Shown piece by piece: positions 62,453-64,000 of a stretch of 64,000 bases of DNA. Source of the DNA: Aulosira sp. ZfuVER01 (GTDB taxonomy: Bacteria > Cyanobacteriota > Cyanobacteriia > Cyanobacteriales > Nostocaceae). The stretch spans positions 253,459 through 317,458 of the forward strand of contig JAVRCV020000049.1 in NCBI GenBank assembly GCA_034530615.2, read 5' to 3'. The notes beneath the pieces were generated by a model. It made no database searches and was not told where the DNA came from. It worked only from the letters and a program-made list of their open reading frames with translations. The position numbers and the translations under genes were made by a program. Numbering within the stretch: position 1 is the first letter of the stretch; each line of letters starts with the position of its first letter.

Positions 62453-63000
62453 GGAATAATCTCCGTTGTAATGTCGTAGTTAGGGATACAATTTTGAACA
62501 CAAAAACGATATTTTTTGACTAGAAATTTACATATACATTTATTTGTTAGTGAATATTCAATTTCTTGCCCTCCCCACAATAAAATAGTTTGAGGTGCTA
62601 CAAATCCAGTTAATGTTACTGCTGCTTCTGTAAATCCACTGCGACTAAAAACACTACCAATAGCTGTAGCTGGCCTTCGTAATAATTGATTTCGTAGCTT
62701 TGCTATGGGTTCAATATTAACTTCTTTAGTTTCATCCTTACATTCGATCAAACAGGCTAGGCTGTCTGTATATACCACTCCGTCAATTTGTTCTACTATT
62801 GTATCTTGAATTTTTACACTATAAGGCCAAGCCACTTCAGCGCCATCAAGTTGGAAGGTGCGTAAAACTAAATATTCTAATGCTTTACCTTTATCCCAAA
62901 AGTTTGAGGTGTCTTTTGCTTTAATTTCTGACCATAATATAATTAAGTCATCCCAGTCATAAGTGATAATTCTTGCTTGATATTCTGCATCTGTAGTCAT
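62449..63000 (-). CDS. Mrr-like PD-(D/E)XK restriction endonuclease-fold protein
   Basis: GKALE.L...F, EQIDG, LIECKD, V.IEPI.KL, SRSGFT.AA. Confidence 0.82.
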   Translation of the reverse strand: MTTDAEYQARIITYDWDDLIILWSEIKAKDTSNFWDKGKALEYLVLRTFQLDGAEVAWPYSVKIQDTIVEQIDGVVYTDSLACLIECKDETKEVNIEPIAKLRNQLLRRPATAIGSVFSRSGFTEAAVTLTGFVAPQTILLWGGQEIEYSLTNKCICKFLVKKYRFCVQNCIPNYDITTEIIP

Positions 63001-63297
63001 GATTGCAATTGAGGTATAGTAAGCTATTAAAGATTGAACTTATATTACATCCTTACCAGTTACGGCAAGTGAAAATACTTATAATAAAGTACTCCCTTGT
63101 AGATTGTGTGAAACGTAATTAAACCCAACAAATAACATCAATTTTCACAAAAAAGTTTTAAACTTGATTCATTGCTATCGTGAGGAGTTCGCATTAACAA
63201 TACGAACTAGAATTTCATGACATAGCTACTAAGTCATCTGATAATCTGTTAAACAGAATAGAAAATCATAATTAGTGGAAATAAAGGAGTTTTCTTT

Positions 63298-63985
63298 ATG
63301 GAAAAAAATTATAATCATCATTACGTACCTCAATCAATACTTAAAAATTTTGCGTATAAACAACAAACAGTTTATTCTCTGATTAAAGTAGAGGAGTTAC
63401 CTATATATCCAATCAATATCACGAATATATGTCAAGAAAGAAGTTTTTATGAAATAAACATAAAAACTAGTGATTCAGAAGAAATTGAAAAGATAAATTA
63501 TGATATAGAGGTTTTTGAAAAATTAGATAGTGAGATAGCTCCTATTATCAAAAATATTATTGCAAATGAAGAAATAAAAGGGTGCATCCCAGTTTTTATT
63601 TTGCTATGAAAAAATAACTGTCATTGCGTTCGCGTAGCGTCTCGTAGAGAGGAGGAACGACGAAGCAATCGCATGGATTCGCTATGAGTTGAAGACTTTG
63701 TGATTGCTTCGCTTCACTTCGTTTCGCTCGCAATGACATACAAAAAAGTGGGATGCTCCCGAAATAAAAAGCCTTACTTCGGAAGAATTAGATAAACTTA
63801 TTACATATACTATTTATCAATATTTTAGAGTTGCTTCAGTTAGAAACATTGGCAATCAATTTTGGAATAATGAAGAAGAAATAAGACTTGCTCATGCTGG
63901 AATATTGACAGATCCTAACTTAGTTAATTCCGTGGCAAATATTTTAAGTAATCCCTCTTTTGTTACTTCAGGGAAAGAAAAATAG
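63298..63985 (+). pseudogene. DUF4238-like gene interrupted by a MITE
   Basis: HHYVPQSILKNF...NICQERSFY. After removing the insert the frame continues SLTSEELDKLITYTIYQYFRV... to TAG at 63985. Confidence 0.8.
63580..63760. mobile_element. 181-bp MITE with 9-bp target site duplication
   Basis: TIRs gggtgcatccca / tgggatgctccc. GAAATAAAA at 63571-63579 and 63761-63769. Confidence 0.92.
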
Positions 63986-64000
63986 TCAGAAATTCAACTG

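Overview
Chromosomal window from a filamentous, probably heterocyst-forming cyanobacterium (Nostocales-like). The basis is frequent HIP1 GCGATCGC, STRR-type short tandem repeats and many MITE/SDR-like elements. All calls come from reading the sequence and motifs; no database search was run. 0-4.6 kb: distal part of an extracellular contractile injection system (eCIS) operon on the minus strand, with a tube gene, a repeat-rich 980-aa protein, an Afp7-like gene and the start of a VgrG-like gene. 5-19 kb: DUF2157-like membrane protein, Crp/CysR regulator with a cytochrome b/Mo-oxidoreductase pair, pyrF-pyrE fusion, and an FHA-PAS-GAF-GGDEF-EAL protein. 20-26 kb: general-stress cluster. 27-31 kb: low-oxygen tetrapyrrole cluster ho-hemN-bchE. 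32-52 kb: rubrerythrin, hli, ald, ABC exporter, Prx, cobQ, two hybrid kinases and modABC. 53-64 kb is the most interesting part, a conflict/defence-type island. It holds a Hen1-Pnkp RNA-repair operon with a P-loop kinase and a Thg1-like 3'-5' polymerase inserted between hen1 and pnkp. Upstream, a STAND-NTPase/TPR gene sits between two diverged copies of the hen1 5' end. Downstream are an orphan ParD-like antitoxin, an REase + TOPRIM-like pair and a MITE-disrupted DUF4238-like gene. No rRNA, tRNA, CRISPR array or intact transposase was recognised.
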